64,000 bases of DNA, taken from the NCBI GenBank assembly GCA_963730185.1, contig CAVSQW010000008.1, positions 256,001 through 320,000 on the forward strand. Reading direction: 5' to 3'. The translations under genes were made by a program, and so were the position numbers. The number at the start of each line of letters is the position of its first letter. Positions within the stretch are counted from its first letter, which is position 1. Positions 1-9,254 of the stretch are shown here, in pieces. A model generated the notes under the pieces. The model was not told the origin of the DNA, ran no database searches, and was given only the letters and a program-made list of their open reading frames with translations. Source of the stretch: an uncultured Gemmatimonadales bacterium. GTDB taxonomy: Bacteria; Gemmatimonadota; Gemmatimonadetes; Gemmatimonadales; GWC2-71-9.

Positions 1-1287
1 CTGGCTCCGGGGTCCGCCTGGGCCCAGACCCCGATCGATTCCGCGCTCTACCACTACATTCGCGAGATCCGGGCCGTCGACAACCACACTCACGCCGGAC
101 TGCCGGTGCCCCCGAGCCAGCCGGCCGATAGCGACTACGATGCCCTCCCGGTCGGGAACCTCCCGCCCTATTCGTTTCCGGTGCGGCTGACGCCGGACAA
201 TCCGGCGTTCGTGACCGCTTGGCAAGAGCTCTTCGGCTACCCGTACACCGACCGGTCGGAGCCGCACGTGGAGGAGTTGCTCCGGCTCAAGGCCCAGGCG
301 CGGAGCGAGCACGGCGTGGGTTACGCGGCCTGGGTGCTCGATCAGCTCCACGTCGGCGTCGCGCTCGCCAACCGACTGTCGGTCGGCCCGGGACTCGAGC
401 CGCCGCGGTTCCGGTGGGTGCCGTTCGCCGACCCCTTGCTCTTTCCGTTCGATCCGTCGGCTCTGGCGCGGGTCACCCCCGATCGAGAAGACCTGGTGCC
501 CCGCGAGCTGCGGCACAATCGCCGCTATCTGGCTGCTCGGGGGCTTCGGGCGCCGCCGGCCACGCTGGCCACCTATCTGGACCGGGTCGTGACTCCGACC
601 CTGGACGCGTGGCGCCGGGATGGCGCCGTTGCGATCAAGTATGAAATCGCCTATCTCCGGCCGATCGCGTTCGCCGACGTGCCCGAGGCGAGGGCCGCCG
701 CGATCTACGCCCGCTCGGTCGGCGGCGGCGTGCCCTCGCTCGCCGACTACACCGCGCTCCAGGACTTTCTCTTTCGGCGGATCGCGCTCGAAGCCGGGCG
801 TCGTCATCTCGTGGTTCAGATCCACGCCTTCGACGGGGCCGGCGGGTACTTCGTAGCGGCGGGCGCCGATCCATTCCTGTTGGAGCCGGTCCTCAACGAT
901 CCCGGGCTCCGGGGCACCAATTTTCTCCTGGTTCACGGCGGTTGGCCCTATCCCCGCCATACCCTGTCGCTCTTCGGCAAGCCCAACTTCTACGCCGATT
1001 TCTCGTTTCTGGGCAACGTGAGCTCGCCGGCGATCCTCGCGAGCGTCCTCCGTGAATGGCTCACCTTTTTTCCCGACAAGGTGCTCTACGGCTCGGACGC
1101 CTATCCGGACACGCCGACGGAGGGCTGGGAGGAATGGGGCTGGCTCGGCTCGACCATGGGGCGCAAGGGGCTGGCGATGGCCCTGACGGGGATGCTCCGG
1201 GACGGCGAGATCGATCGCGCCGAAGCCGAGCGGCTGGCGAGGATGGTGATGCGGGAGAATGCCGAACGGCTCTACGGACTCCAATGA
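1..1287 (+). CDS. Amidohydrolase family protein (Amidohydro_2-like), 5'-truncated by window edge
   Basis: Frame is open from base 1 (LAPGSAWAQTPIDS...AVDNHTH) giving the HxH metal motif; QIHA, LVHGGWPY and LYGSDA motifs; typical ENAERLY end. Confidence 0.85.
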   Translation: MAPGSAWAQTPIDSALYHYIREIRAVDNHTHAGLPVPPSQPADSDYDALPVGNLPPYSFPVRLTPDNPAFVTAWQELFGYPYTDRSEPHVEELLRLKAQARSEHGVGYAAWVLDQLHVGVALANRLSVGPGLEPPRFRWVPFADPLLFPFDPSALARVTPDREDLVPRELRHNRRYLAARGLRAPPATLATYLDRVVTPTLDAWRRDGAVAIKYEIAYLRPIAFADVPEARAAAIYARSVGGGVPSLADYTALQDFLFRRIALEAGRRHLVVQIHAFDGAGGYFVAAGADPFLLEPVLNDPGLRGTNFLLVHGGWPYPRHTLSLFGKPNFYADFSFLGNVSSPAILASVLREWLTFFPDKVLYGSDAYPDTPTEGWEEWGWLGSTMGRKGLAMALTGMLRDGEIDRAEAERLARMVMRENAERLYGLQ

Positions 1288-1964
1288 CCGCCGTGACCCG
1301 CCTGCCCGACCGGATCCTCTTCGTGGCCCTGACCCTGGCAATCGGGGCTGCCTGCGCCCGGTCCAACCCGCTGCTCGCGCCCCGACCCGACGACCTGGCT
1401 CGGGTGGCGCCGGACAGTTTCGACGTCCGATTCGAGACCAGCCGCGGCTCGATCCTTGTCCGGGCCCACCGGGCCTGGTCACCCTTGGGCGTCGATCGAT
1501 TCTACTTCCTGGCCCGGCACCGCTACTACGACCAGGCCCGGTTCTTTCGGGTAGTGGGCGGGTTCGTGGCCCAATTCGGGCTCTCGGGCGATTCCGCCGT
1601 GAACGCGGCGTGGGAAGGGAAGAGTATTCCGGACGAACCGGTCCGGGTCTCGAACACGCGGGGCCGGGTTGCCTATGCCCGCGGGGGGCCCGACACCCGC
1701 TCGGTCCAGCTCTACCTCAACCTGGTGGACAACGTCCGGCTCGACACCACCACGACGTTCGGCTTCCCGCCGATCGGCGAGGTGGTGTCCGGCATGGCCG
1801 CGGCCGATTCGCTCACCTTCGAGTACGGGGGCACCCGGACCGACCGGAAGCCGGGGCCGTCCCAGGATTCGATCCGGGTGCGGGGGAACGCCTATCTCGC
1901 CCGGTCGTTCCCCCATCTCGACTACATTCGGACCGCTCGCGTGGTCCGGGAGTGGCGGCGCTAG
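1284..1964 (+). CDS. Cyclophilin-type peptidyl-prolyl isomerase, probable lipoprotein
   Basis: ATGA overlap with upstream stop; lipobox-like IGAAC; FFRVVGGFVAQFG, DTRSVQLYLNL and FPPIGEVVSGM cyclophilin motifs. Confidence 0.9.
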   Translation: MTAVTRLPDRILFVALTLAIGAACARSNPLLAPRPDDLARVAPDSFDVRFETSRGSILVRAHRAWSPLGVDRFYFLARHRYYDQARFFRVVGGFVAQFGLSGDSAVNAAWEGKSIPDEPVRVSNTRGRVAYARGGPDTRSVQLYLNLVDNVRLDTTTTFGFPPIGEVVSGMAAADSLTFEYGGTRTDRKPGPSQDSIRVRGNAYLARSFPHLDYIRTARVVREWRR

Positions 1965-1965
1965 C

Positions 1966-3525
1966 CTACTTCGCCCCGCTTCCTTCGCGCTCGAACACGA
2001 TTGGGTCGACGGCCGGCTCGAGCGGCAAGGCGACCGTCACGACGTCGCCCTTCTGGTTCATCCCGAACTCAATTCGCCATCCGGCGCCCTGGGCCGGCTT
2101 GTTCTCGTCGGTCGGGACCTCGAACACGTCGTAGTTGAAATGCTGGAGCTGGAGGTCGAAGCTGTTGAACTTCACCGCCAGGGCCCCGTTCCGGACGCTC
2201 ACCGTCACCGACCCGTACGCGGGGTGCGTGTAGGTCCCGGTGTAGTCCGCCAGCGGGTGGCTCGGCTGGGTGCCTTCCTTTCTCTCCGACTGCCGCTTCG
2301 CGCGGGCCGAGTCGGCGCGGGCCCGGCCGTGCGCCTCGGCCGTCTTGTAACGGGCGTTCCAATCGATCGGCGAGAGACCGAGGAGCCGGTCGTAGATCAG
2401 ATACGGGATGAAGTCCCGGGTGGGCGTCCCGTTCATGTTGGTCAGCACCACCACTCCGAGCGAGTCGTGGGGCAGGAAGTTCACCTCGGCGGAAAATCCG
2501 TCGATGTTGCCGCCGTGGTGGACCACCTTGTGCCCCCGGTAGTTCCCGATGAAGAAGGCCAGCCCGTATTGCTGTGCCGCGACCTGGTACCACCCCTCCC
2601 GCTCGGCCGGGTCGCCCGAGATCACCATCTGCTGCTCGTGCATCTCGTCGGCTGCTGCGGCCGGGATGATCTGCTTCCCGTCGAACTTCCCTCGGTTGAG
2701 GTGCATGGTGACGTACTTGATCATCTCCCGCGCGTTGGCGTCGATCGAGCCGGCGGGTCCGATCTGGTCGATGTTCCGGTACGGCATCAGGTAGACGGAG
2801 TCCGACCGGGTCTTGTTGTAGGGGCTCGCGTAGTCGGGGGAACGCTGGAGGTCGTCAACCGAGAAGTCGGCCGTGTTCATCCCGAGCGGCTGGAAGATCA
2901 GCTGGCGGACCGTCTCCTCCCACGAAGTGCCGTTCAGCTTGGCGGCCACGAGGCCGGCGGTCATGAACATCAGGTTGTTGTACTGCCAGTAGCTCCGGAA
3001 CTCGCGGCTGGGCTTGAGATAGCGAAGGCGGTCGAAGATCTGCTGGCGGGTCAGGGGCGACCCGTACCACATCAGGTCGTGCCTCGGCAACCCGGACCGG
3101 TGCGAGAGCATGTCGCGGAGGGTCATTTCCCGGGTCGCCACGTCGTCGTAGAGGCGAAAGTCCGGGAGCACGTCGCGCGTCTTGGTGTCCCAGGTGACCT
3201 TCTTCTGCCCGATCTCGGCCGCGAGCGCGGAGGTCGTGAACGACTTGGTCACCGAGCCGATCGCGAACTTGGTGTCCGGGGTGACCGGGGCCTTGGACTC
3301 CAGGTTTCGCACCCCGTAGCCCTTGAGCATGATGACCTGATCGCCTTTCACGATCCCGATCGCGATACCCGGCACCTTCCAGAGGGCCAGGGTCGAGTCC
3401 ATCAGCCGATCGAACGCCGGACCGAGCGGCTGGCCGGCGCGCTGGCGCTGGGCGAGAAGAGAAGAGGCCGGCGCGAGCAGGATCAGCCCGAGGGCCGCCA
3501 GCCGCCAGGAGCGGGAGAGACGCAT
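1966..3525 (-). CDS. Exported serine hydrolase (beta-lactamase class C-like) with C-terminal DUF3471-like domain
   Basis: Start MRLSRSW after GGAG with signal peptide; SxxK (GSVTK), LSHRSGL, YxN (YNN), HGGNIDGF; C-terminal YTGTYTHPAYG. Confidence 0.9.
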   Translation of the reverse strand: MRLSRSWRLAALGLILLAPASSLLAQRQRAGQPLGPAFDRLMDSTLALWKVPGIAIGIVKGDQVIMLKGYGVRNLESKAPVTPDTKFAIGSVTKSFTTSALAAEIGQKKVTWDTKTRDVLPDFRLYDDVATREMTLRDMLSHRSGLPRHDLMWYGSPLTRQQIFDRLRYLKPSREFRSYWQYNNLMFMTAGLVAAKLNGTSWEETVRQLIFQPLGMNTADFSVDDLQRSPDYASPYNKTRSDSVYLMPYRNIDQIGPAGSIDANAREMIKYVTMHLNRGKFDGKQIIPAAAADEMHEQQMVISGDPAEREGWYQVAAQQYGLAFFIGNYRGHKVVHHGGNIDGFSAEVNFLPHDSLGVVVLTNMNGTPTRDFIPYLIYDRLLGLSPIDWNARYKTAEAHGRARADSARAKRQSERKEGTQPSHPLADYTGTYTHPAYGSVTVSVRNGALAVKFNSFDLQLQHFNYDVFEVPTDENKPAQGAGWRIEFGMNQKGDVVTVALPLEPAVDPIVFEREGSGAK

Positions 3526-3816
3526 GGGAACTCCGGAGGTCGAAGCCAAAGAGGCCCGCCCGACGGGGACGGGACGCGTGTATACGAATATGGATGCAAA
3601 TTCCCCGGCGCACCACCCGGGGTGGGTCGAGCCCCCCCGGATGCGCCGGGGCGGGGACCGTGCCCGCCTCGGCCGAGCGATCGTAACCCGCACTGCCGGA
3701 TGGACTTCCAGGCCGCGTCCGTCTAGGATCCGAGGGTGGGCGTCCCGCGGCCCCGACCTGAAACGGTGGCCCGGGGGCGCCTCCGCCGTCGTGCTGTGTC
3801 TCACCGGGGGTCGCCC

Positions 3817-5073
3817 GTGCTCAACCGTCGTATCGTCATCCTGCTGAGCCTCGTCGCCGCGGGCGCCTGCCGCGAGCGGGCCGCTACGTCGCCGGTCCAA
3901 GCGTCGCACCTCGCGGTGGTCAGTCGTCGCGACGTGGTGGTGAGCGCGATCGCTGCCGGCGTGGTGGAGCCGGTCAAGACGATCGAGGTCAAGTCGAAGG
4001 CCTCCGGCGAAATCGTGGAGGTGAGCGTCGAGGAGGGCGATCGAGTCAGCAAGGGGGAGCTCCTGGTCCGGGTCGATCCCCGGATTCCCCGGAACGCCGT
4101 CGCGCAAGCCGAGGCCGACTCGCTGGTGGCGCGGGCGCAGCTGGACAACGCCGACGCGCAGCTGGAGCGGTCGACGGAGCTCCGGGCCTCCCAGGCCATC
4201 ACTCAGCTCGAGTTCGAGCAGGCCAGGCTGGCCCGCGCCACGGCGTACGCGGCGCTGATCCGGGCGCGGCGGGCCCTCGAGGACGCGAAGATCTCGTACG
4301 AGGACACCGAGGTGCGGGCCCCGTCCGACGGGGTGGTGCTGGGCCGGGCGGTCGAGGTGGGGTCGGTGATCACCTCGGCCAGCCGGGACGTGGGCGGCGG
4401 GGCGGTGCTGCTCCGGATGGCCGCGCTCGACACGGTGCAGGTGCGGGCCCTGGTGGATGAAACCGACATCGGCATGGTCCACCCCGGCCTGCCGGTCACC
4501 ATTCAGGTGTCGGCCTATCCCAACCGCCGGTTCGTGGGCGACGTGCTGCGGATCGGGGCCGAGGCGGTGGTCGACCAGAACGTCACCAACTTCCCGGTCT
4601 TGATCCGGATCGCCAATCGGGACGCCCTGCTCCGACCGGGGATGAACGCGGAGGTGGAGGTGCACATCGGCAACGTGCAGGATGCGCTGACGGTGCCCAA
4701 CGCCGCGCTCCGCCCCCGGAGCGACGTGCCGGCGGCGGCTCGGTTCCTGGGGCTCTCGCCCGACACCGTCGCCCGGGAGCTGGATGCCGCGAGCGGCGAG
4801 GAGGAAGGGCTGCCGGTGACCGGCGCCGACGGCGAGACGGGCTCCTCGGTGCTGGGCGGCGAGTACGTGGCCTTCGTGCGCGACAGCGGGCGCTACCGGG
4901 CCGTCCGGGTCCAGGCCGGACTCACCGACTTCGACTACACCGTGATCGAGTCCGGGCTGACGCAGGGAGACACGGTCGCGGTGCTGCCCACGACGGGCTT
5001 GATCGAGGAGCAGGAGCGCCGGGCCGACTGGATGCGGCGCCGGGCCGGTGGTCCGCTGTCGGGAGGTGACTGA
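3817..5073 (+). CDS. Efflux periplasmic adaptor (MacA/HlyD-like membrane fusion protein)
   Basis: GTG start, lipobox AAGAC; EVKSKASGEI, APSDGVVL, VDETDIG and LRPGMNA motifs. Confidence 0.9.
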   Translation: MLNRRIVILLSLVAAGACRERAATSPVQASHLAVVSRRDVVVSAIAAGVVEPVKTIEVKSKASGEIVEVSVEEGDRVSKGELLVRVDPRIPRNAVAQAEADSLVARAQLDNADAQLERSTELRASQAITQLEFEQARLARATAYAALIRARRALEDAKISYEDTEVRAPSDGVVLGRAVEVGSVITSASRDVGGGAVLLRMAALDTVQVRALVDETDIGMVHPGLPVTIQVSAYPNRRFVGDVLRIGAEAVVDQNVTNFPVLIRIANRDALLRPGMNAEVEVHIGNVQDALTVPNAALRPRSDVPAAARFLGLSPDTVARELDAASGEEEGLPVTGADGETGSSVLGGEYVAFVRDSGRYRAVRVQAGLTDFDYTVIESGLTQGDTVAVLPTTGLIEEQERRADWMRRRAGGPLSGGD

Positions 5074-6290
5074 TGGGTCTGCTCGAGACGCTCCGGGTGG
5101 CCGTGGAGGCCATTCGGGCCGCCAAGCTCCGATCGCTGCTCACCATCCTCGGGGTAGTGATCGGCGTTGCGGCGGTGATCACGATGGTGGCTCTCGGCAC
5201 CGGGGCCCAGTCGGCCGTCAACGCGCAGCTGGAGTCGCTCGGCACCGACCTCCTGTCGATCTCGCCGGGCCAGTCGTACCGCCGGGGCGTGGCTACGGCC
5301 GAGCGGGTGAATCTCACCAGCGACGACGCCGCGGCGCTGGCCCGTGACGCCCACCGGCTGGCCGCGGTGGTCCCGACGCTCGATAGCCGGCTCCAGGTGA
5401 AGTACGAGAACGCCAACGTGAACGTCGACGTTGTGGCCACCGACCCCGCCTTTCTCGAGGTCCATCGCTTCGGGGTGGCGATCGGACGGAGCTTTCGGGG
5501 CGCGGACGACCAGGCGCGGCGGCGGGTCGCGGTTTTGGGGAGCCAGATTCCCGAAGAGTTGGACGTGAAGGATCCGGAGTCGCTGGTGGGCCGTCAGATC
5601 GCGATCCGGGGGATTCCCTTCGAAGTGGTCGGCGTCTTGGCGCCCAAGGGCGACCAGCCGGGGCGCGACGATCCCGACGAGACGGTCTACATCCCCTTCC
5701 GGACCGGTCAGTACCGGATCTTCGGAAGCGACCGCTTGAGCGGGATCACGGTCCAGCTGGCGGAGCCCGATTCGATGGAAGCGGCGCTGCTCGAGATCGA
5801 GCAGGTGCTCCGGAAGGAGCATCGGCTCCGGCCCGACCAGCCCGACGATTTCCGGATCCGGGACCGATCGGCCTTTCTGACCGCCCGGGCCGAGGCGAGC
5901 CAGACGATGACGTGGCTGCTGGGCGGGATCGCCGCGGTGAGCCTATTGGTGGGTGGAATCGGGATCATGAACATCATGCTGGTGTCGGTGACCGAGCGGA
6001 CCCGGGAGATCGGCGTCCGCAAGGCGCTCGGGGCGACCCGCCGTCAGGTCCTGCTCCAGTTCCTGGTCGAGGCGCTGACGCTCTGTCTGGCGGGCGGGCT
6101 CTGCGGGATTCTGGCCGGCATCGGAGCGGCGGCCTTCATCTCGAGCCTGAGCGGCTGGAACGCGGTCGTGTCACCGGCGGCCATCGCGCTCGCGGTGGCT
6201 TTCAGCGGCGTGGTCGGGCTCTTCTTCGGGGTCTGGCCGGCCCGGCGGGCGGCCCGACTGGACCCGATCGAGGCCCTGCGTTACGAATAG
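5073..6290 (+). CDS. ABC transporter permease, MacB/FtsX family (no ATPase domain)
   Basis: RSLLTILGVVIGVAAV, GGIGIMNIMLVSVTERTREIGVRKALGA, PARRAARLDPIEALRYE; coupled to the adaptor stop codon. Confidence 0.95.
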   Translation: MGLLETLRVAVEAIRAAKLRSLLTILGVVIGVAAVITMVALGTGAQSAVNAQLESLGTDLLSISPGQSYRRGVATAERVNLTSDDAAALARDAHRLAAVVPTLDSRLQVKYENANVNVDVVATDPAFLEVHRFGVAIGRSFRGADDQARRRVAVLGSQIPEELDVKDPESLVGRQIAIRGIPFEVVGVLAPKGDQPGRDDPDETVYIPFRTGQYRIFGSDRLSGITVQLAEPDSMEAALLEIEQVLRKEHRLRPDQPDDFRIRDRSAFLTARAEASQTMTWLLGGIAAVSLLVGGIGIMNIMLVSVTERTREIGVRKALGATRRQVLLQFLVEALTLCLAGGLCGILAGIGAAAFISSLSGWNAVVSPAAIALAVAFSGVVGLFFGVWPARRAARLDPIEALRYE

Positions 6291-6315
6291 AGCTTCTTCA
6301 GTCGGAGCCGGATCG

Positions 6316-7308
6316 ATGCGCGCAGCGTGGTACGATCGCAAGGGGCCGGCCCGCGAGGTCCTCGCCGTCGGCGAGCTCGAGCGGCCGGAGGCGGGCCCCG
6401 GACAGGTGCTGATCCGTCTCCACGCGTCGGCGGTCAATCCCTCCGACACCAAGCAGCGCGCTGGCGCGCGTGGCAACCTCGCCATGCCGTGGCCCCGGAT
6501 CGTGCCCCACCAGGATGGCGCGGGAGTGATCGAGGCGGTTGGCCCCGGCGTGTCCCACGCCCGGGTCGGGGAGCGGGTCTGGGTCTACGAGGCGCAGCGG
6601 GGGAGCCCTTTCGGCACCGCGGCGGAGTACACCGCGGTAGCGGCTCATCGAGCGGTGCCCCTGCCGGAGGGTGTGTCGTTCGCCGAAGGCGCCTGCCTCG
6701 GCGTCCCGGCGATGACGGCGCATCGCGCGGTGTTCGCGGACGGCCCGGTGCATGGTCAGACCATCCTGGTCACCGGTGGGGCGGGCGCGGTCGGTGCCTA
6801 CGCGGTCCAGTTCGCGCGGTGGGGCGGCGCGGCCTCGGTCCTCGCGACCGTGAGCCGGCCCGAGCAAGAGATCGTGGCGCGCGCCTCGGGCGCGGACGAG
6901 GTCATCAACTACCGCACCGAGAACGTCGTCGAGCGGGTCAACGCCCTCACCGCCGGAACCGGGGTGAACCGGGTGGTCGAGGTGGCGTTCGGCCGGAACC
7001 TGGAGACTTCGCTGTCGGTGCTCCGGCCCACCGGCGTGATCGCGACCTATTCCTCGGACGCGGTGCCGGAGCCGGTCCTGCCATACTGGCGGCTGGTGAT
7101 GAAGGATCTGACCGTGCGGTTCGTCCTGGTCTACGAGATGTCGCGGGAGGCGCACGACGCGGCCGCGACGGACATCACCGCCTGCCTGGCCAAGGGCGTG
7201 CTCCGCCACCAGATCGGCGTCCGGGGGCCGCTCGACGACATCGCTCGCCTGCACGAGGCCCAGGAATCGGGCTCGCTGGTCGGCAAGGCGGTCGTCGAGA
7301 TCGGCTGA
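6316..7308 (+). CDS. NADPH:quinone reductase (MDR superfamily)
   Basis: VNPSD, PHQDGAG, GTAAEY; Rossmann TGGAGAVG; C-terminal GKAVV. Confidence 0.9.
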   Translation: MRAAWYDRKGPAREVLAVGELERPEAGPGQVLIRLHASAVNPSDTKQRAGARGNLAMPWPRIVPHQDGAGVIEAVGPGVSHARVGERVWVYEAQRGSPFGTAAEYTAVAAHRAVPLPEGVSFAEGACLGVPAMTAHRAVFADGPVHGQTILVTGGAGAVGAYAVQFARWGGAASVLATVSRPEQEIVARASGADEVINYRTENVVERVNALTAGTGVNRVVEVAFGRNLETSLSVLRPTGVIATYSSDAVPEPVLPYWRLVMKDLTVRFVLVYEMSREAHDAAATDITACLAKGVLRHQIGVRGPLDDIARLHEAQESGSLVGKAVVEIG

Positions 7309-7330
7309 CCCGGATCCGATCGGCGGGTGG

Positions 7331-7729
7331 CTAGGGTTTGATCGCGCCTCGACTCACCGCCCACACGTAGGTCGCGACGTCCTTCAGCTCGGCCTCGTTG
7401 ATGTTGCCCGGATGGGAGACCATGGCCGTACCGGGCACGCCCGTCTGGATGATCTTCATGATCGCCTCGAGCGTGCCGTCCCCGTTCTTCCACTTGTGGG
7501 GCCGGAGGGTGGGCGCGATGCCTCCCTCCATATGCTGGCCGTGGCAGGCGAAGCAGGTGCCCTCGCCATGGAAGATCTGGCGACCATGGTCGATCGGCTT
7601 CTTGAGCGCGGCGACGCTGTCCGCCAGGGCCGGGGTGACGGTTGGCTGCTGAGCCTCGGCCGGCGGGGCGAACCCGAGGGCCGCCGTCGCGACGATCGCG
7701 GCGGCGAGCCTGAGATGAGTGCTTGGCAT
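7331..7729 (-). CDS. Periplasmic monoheme cytochrome c
   Basis: Signal peptide ending AEA; CFACH heme motif; distal Met in GVPGTAM; starts 2 nt after the upstream gene's stop. Confidence 0.9.
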   Translation of the reverse strand: MPSTHLRLAAAIVATAALGFAPPAEAQQPTVTPALADSVAALKKPIDHGRQIFHGEGTCFACHGQHMEGGIAPTLRPHKWKNGDGTLEAIMKIIQTGVPGTAMVSHPGNINEAELKDVATYVWAVSRGAIKP

Positions 7730-7731
7730 GG

Positions 7732-9111
7732 TCAGAACATCAGCCAGGCGAGGAGGTACAGGGTGTCGTTGTCCCCGGCGCTCCGGCCGGCGCCGTCGTA
7801 ATTGGTTTTCGCGCCGTTGAAGGCAAGGTACTTCACGTACTGCAGCGAAAACCGGGTGTTGAGCCACGGCAGGAACGACACCTCGCCGAGGAGGCCGTCA
7901 CTGTTCGGCTTACCGGCGGCGTAACCGTCCACCTCACCGGGGGCATAGGCCGTCGAGTCGACCCCGCCTCTGGTGCGGAAGTACCCCAGGGTCAGGCCCA
8001 TTCGCCGCGCGTTGTAGGCGGACGCGTCGAAGCGGACGACGCTCAGATGGTTGTCCTGATGGTCGACGGCGCCGGCCGCCAACGAGGCCGGCAAGTGCCG
8101 CGATTCGTGAACGTAGATCGCGTGGGCGCTCAGATTCCCGGTCCCGAGGGGACGCTCGTACTGGCTGTCGAAGCCCAGGTCCGTGTAGCGGTCTCGGAGC
8201 CCGGAGATCCCGTCAGGGTAGAGCGATGCGTTCATCCCGAGGAAGCCCACCATCGCGGTGCCCTGGCCGAGCGGGGTCTCGTAGAACAGGCGCCAGTACG
8301 GCGTCACGCCGTTGATGGCGTTGGCGGCGGAACCATCGGGTGGCTGCGGGCCGCCCTGGAACGCCGACCGGTAGAGGGTCAACTCGCCATAGAGGTGGTT
8401 GTCGAACAGGGCGTAGGCTCCGAGGCCGGCGACCTGCTGTTCCAGGCCGCCGTCGAGCAGCGTCCCGGCGCCCGGCGCCGGCGCGACCGACGAGGAGGCG
8501 TAGGGGTAGCCCCAGGCCGGCACCGAGTTCCAGACATCGCCAACCGTGGGATTGTTGTTGAGGGTGAATCCCACGGTGGCGACCCGGCTGCCGAGATGGA
8601 GGTGGCTGGCGAACCGGATGTCGGCGTTATCCATCCCGATCGATCCGGCTTCCGGGTCGTAGGTGAGCTGCAGGAAGGTGCCGATCTTCGGGGTGATGGC
8701 CTCGCCGAAGAAGAGGCTGAGCTCCTGGGGCAGCTGCACCGTCGAGTTCTGCGCGCCGGGCACGGCGGTCCGCACGTTGGTCATCGACGTCTGTAGCATG
8801 GCCGAGACCGGAGGCACGAGATCCAGTTTCAAGCTGGTCTTGGCGCTGTCTCCCGCGCGAATCACCTGCAGGCCGGTAAGGGTGTACCCGTTGAGCTTGA
8901 ACATCCGCCCAAACGGCGTGAGCTGGGGGAAGGTCGTGTGACAGGCGTTACAGGCCAGGCCGGTTTGGCGGGAGAAGCTGGGGATCATGGCGTGGGCCGC
9001 CGCGGCCCGACCGTAGTCGGCGATGTATCGGTTCGTGGCCGTCGTGAGTGGGTCGCCGGTGGAGGGGCTCGACAGCACCCCCAGGCTTAACAGCAGCGAA
9101 ATGGATGTCAT
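7732..9111 (-). CDS. Fused monoheme cytochrome c / outer-membrane beta-barrel protein (Cyc2-like)
   Basis: RBS AGGAGG; N-terminal IPSFSRQTGLACNACHTTFPQLTPFGRMFKLNGY; amphipathic beta-strand body; terminal LYLLAWLMF ending in Phe. Confidence 0.85.
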   Translation of the reverse strand: MTSISLLLSLGVLSSPSTGDPLTTATNRYIADYGRAAAAHAMIPSFSRQTGLACNACHTTFPQLTPFGRMFKLNGYTLTGLQVIRAGDSAKTSLKLDLVPPVSAMLQTSMTNVRTAVPGAQNSTVQLPQELSLFFGEAITPKIGTFLQLTYDPEAGSIGMDNADIRFASHLHLGSRVATVGFTLNNNPTVGDVWNSVPAWGYPYASSSVAPAPGAGTLLDGGLEQQVAGLGAYALFDNHLYGELTLYRSAFQGGPQPPDGSAANAINGVTPYWRLFYETPLGQGTAMVGFLGMNASLYPDGISGLRDRYTDLGFDSQYERPLGTGNLSAHAIYVHESRHLPASLAAGAVDHQDNHLSVVRFDASAYNARRMGLTLGYFRTRGGVDSTAYAPGEVDGYAAGKPNSDGLLGEVSFLPWLNTRFSLQYVKYLAFNGAKTNYDGAGRSAGDNDTLYLLAWLMF

Positions 9112-9181
9112 GGAGCCTCCTGACGAGGTGGCTCCGTCTCGAGGGGCGAAATTCGCTCCGAAGAACGGAGAAAGTGAGTCG

Positions 9182-9226
9182 AGCCTATGCATTCCTTCGT
9201 GAAGCAATGCTGAAGGACCGATGAGC
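9182..9226 (-). promoter_or_regulatory. Tandem 11-bp-period boxes plus -10 element upstream of the Cyc2-like gene
   Basis: Minus strand reads GCTCAT-cggtc-CTTCAG-cattg-CTTCAC-N11-TAGGCT. Confidence 0.6.
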
Positions 9227-9254
9227 ACGACGATAGACGGTCGCGCACGCCTGT

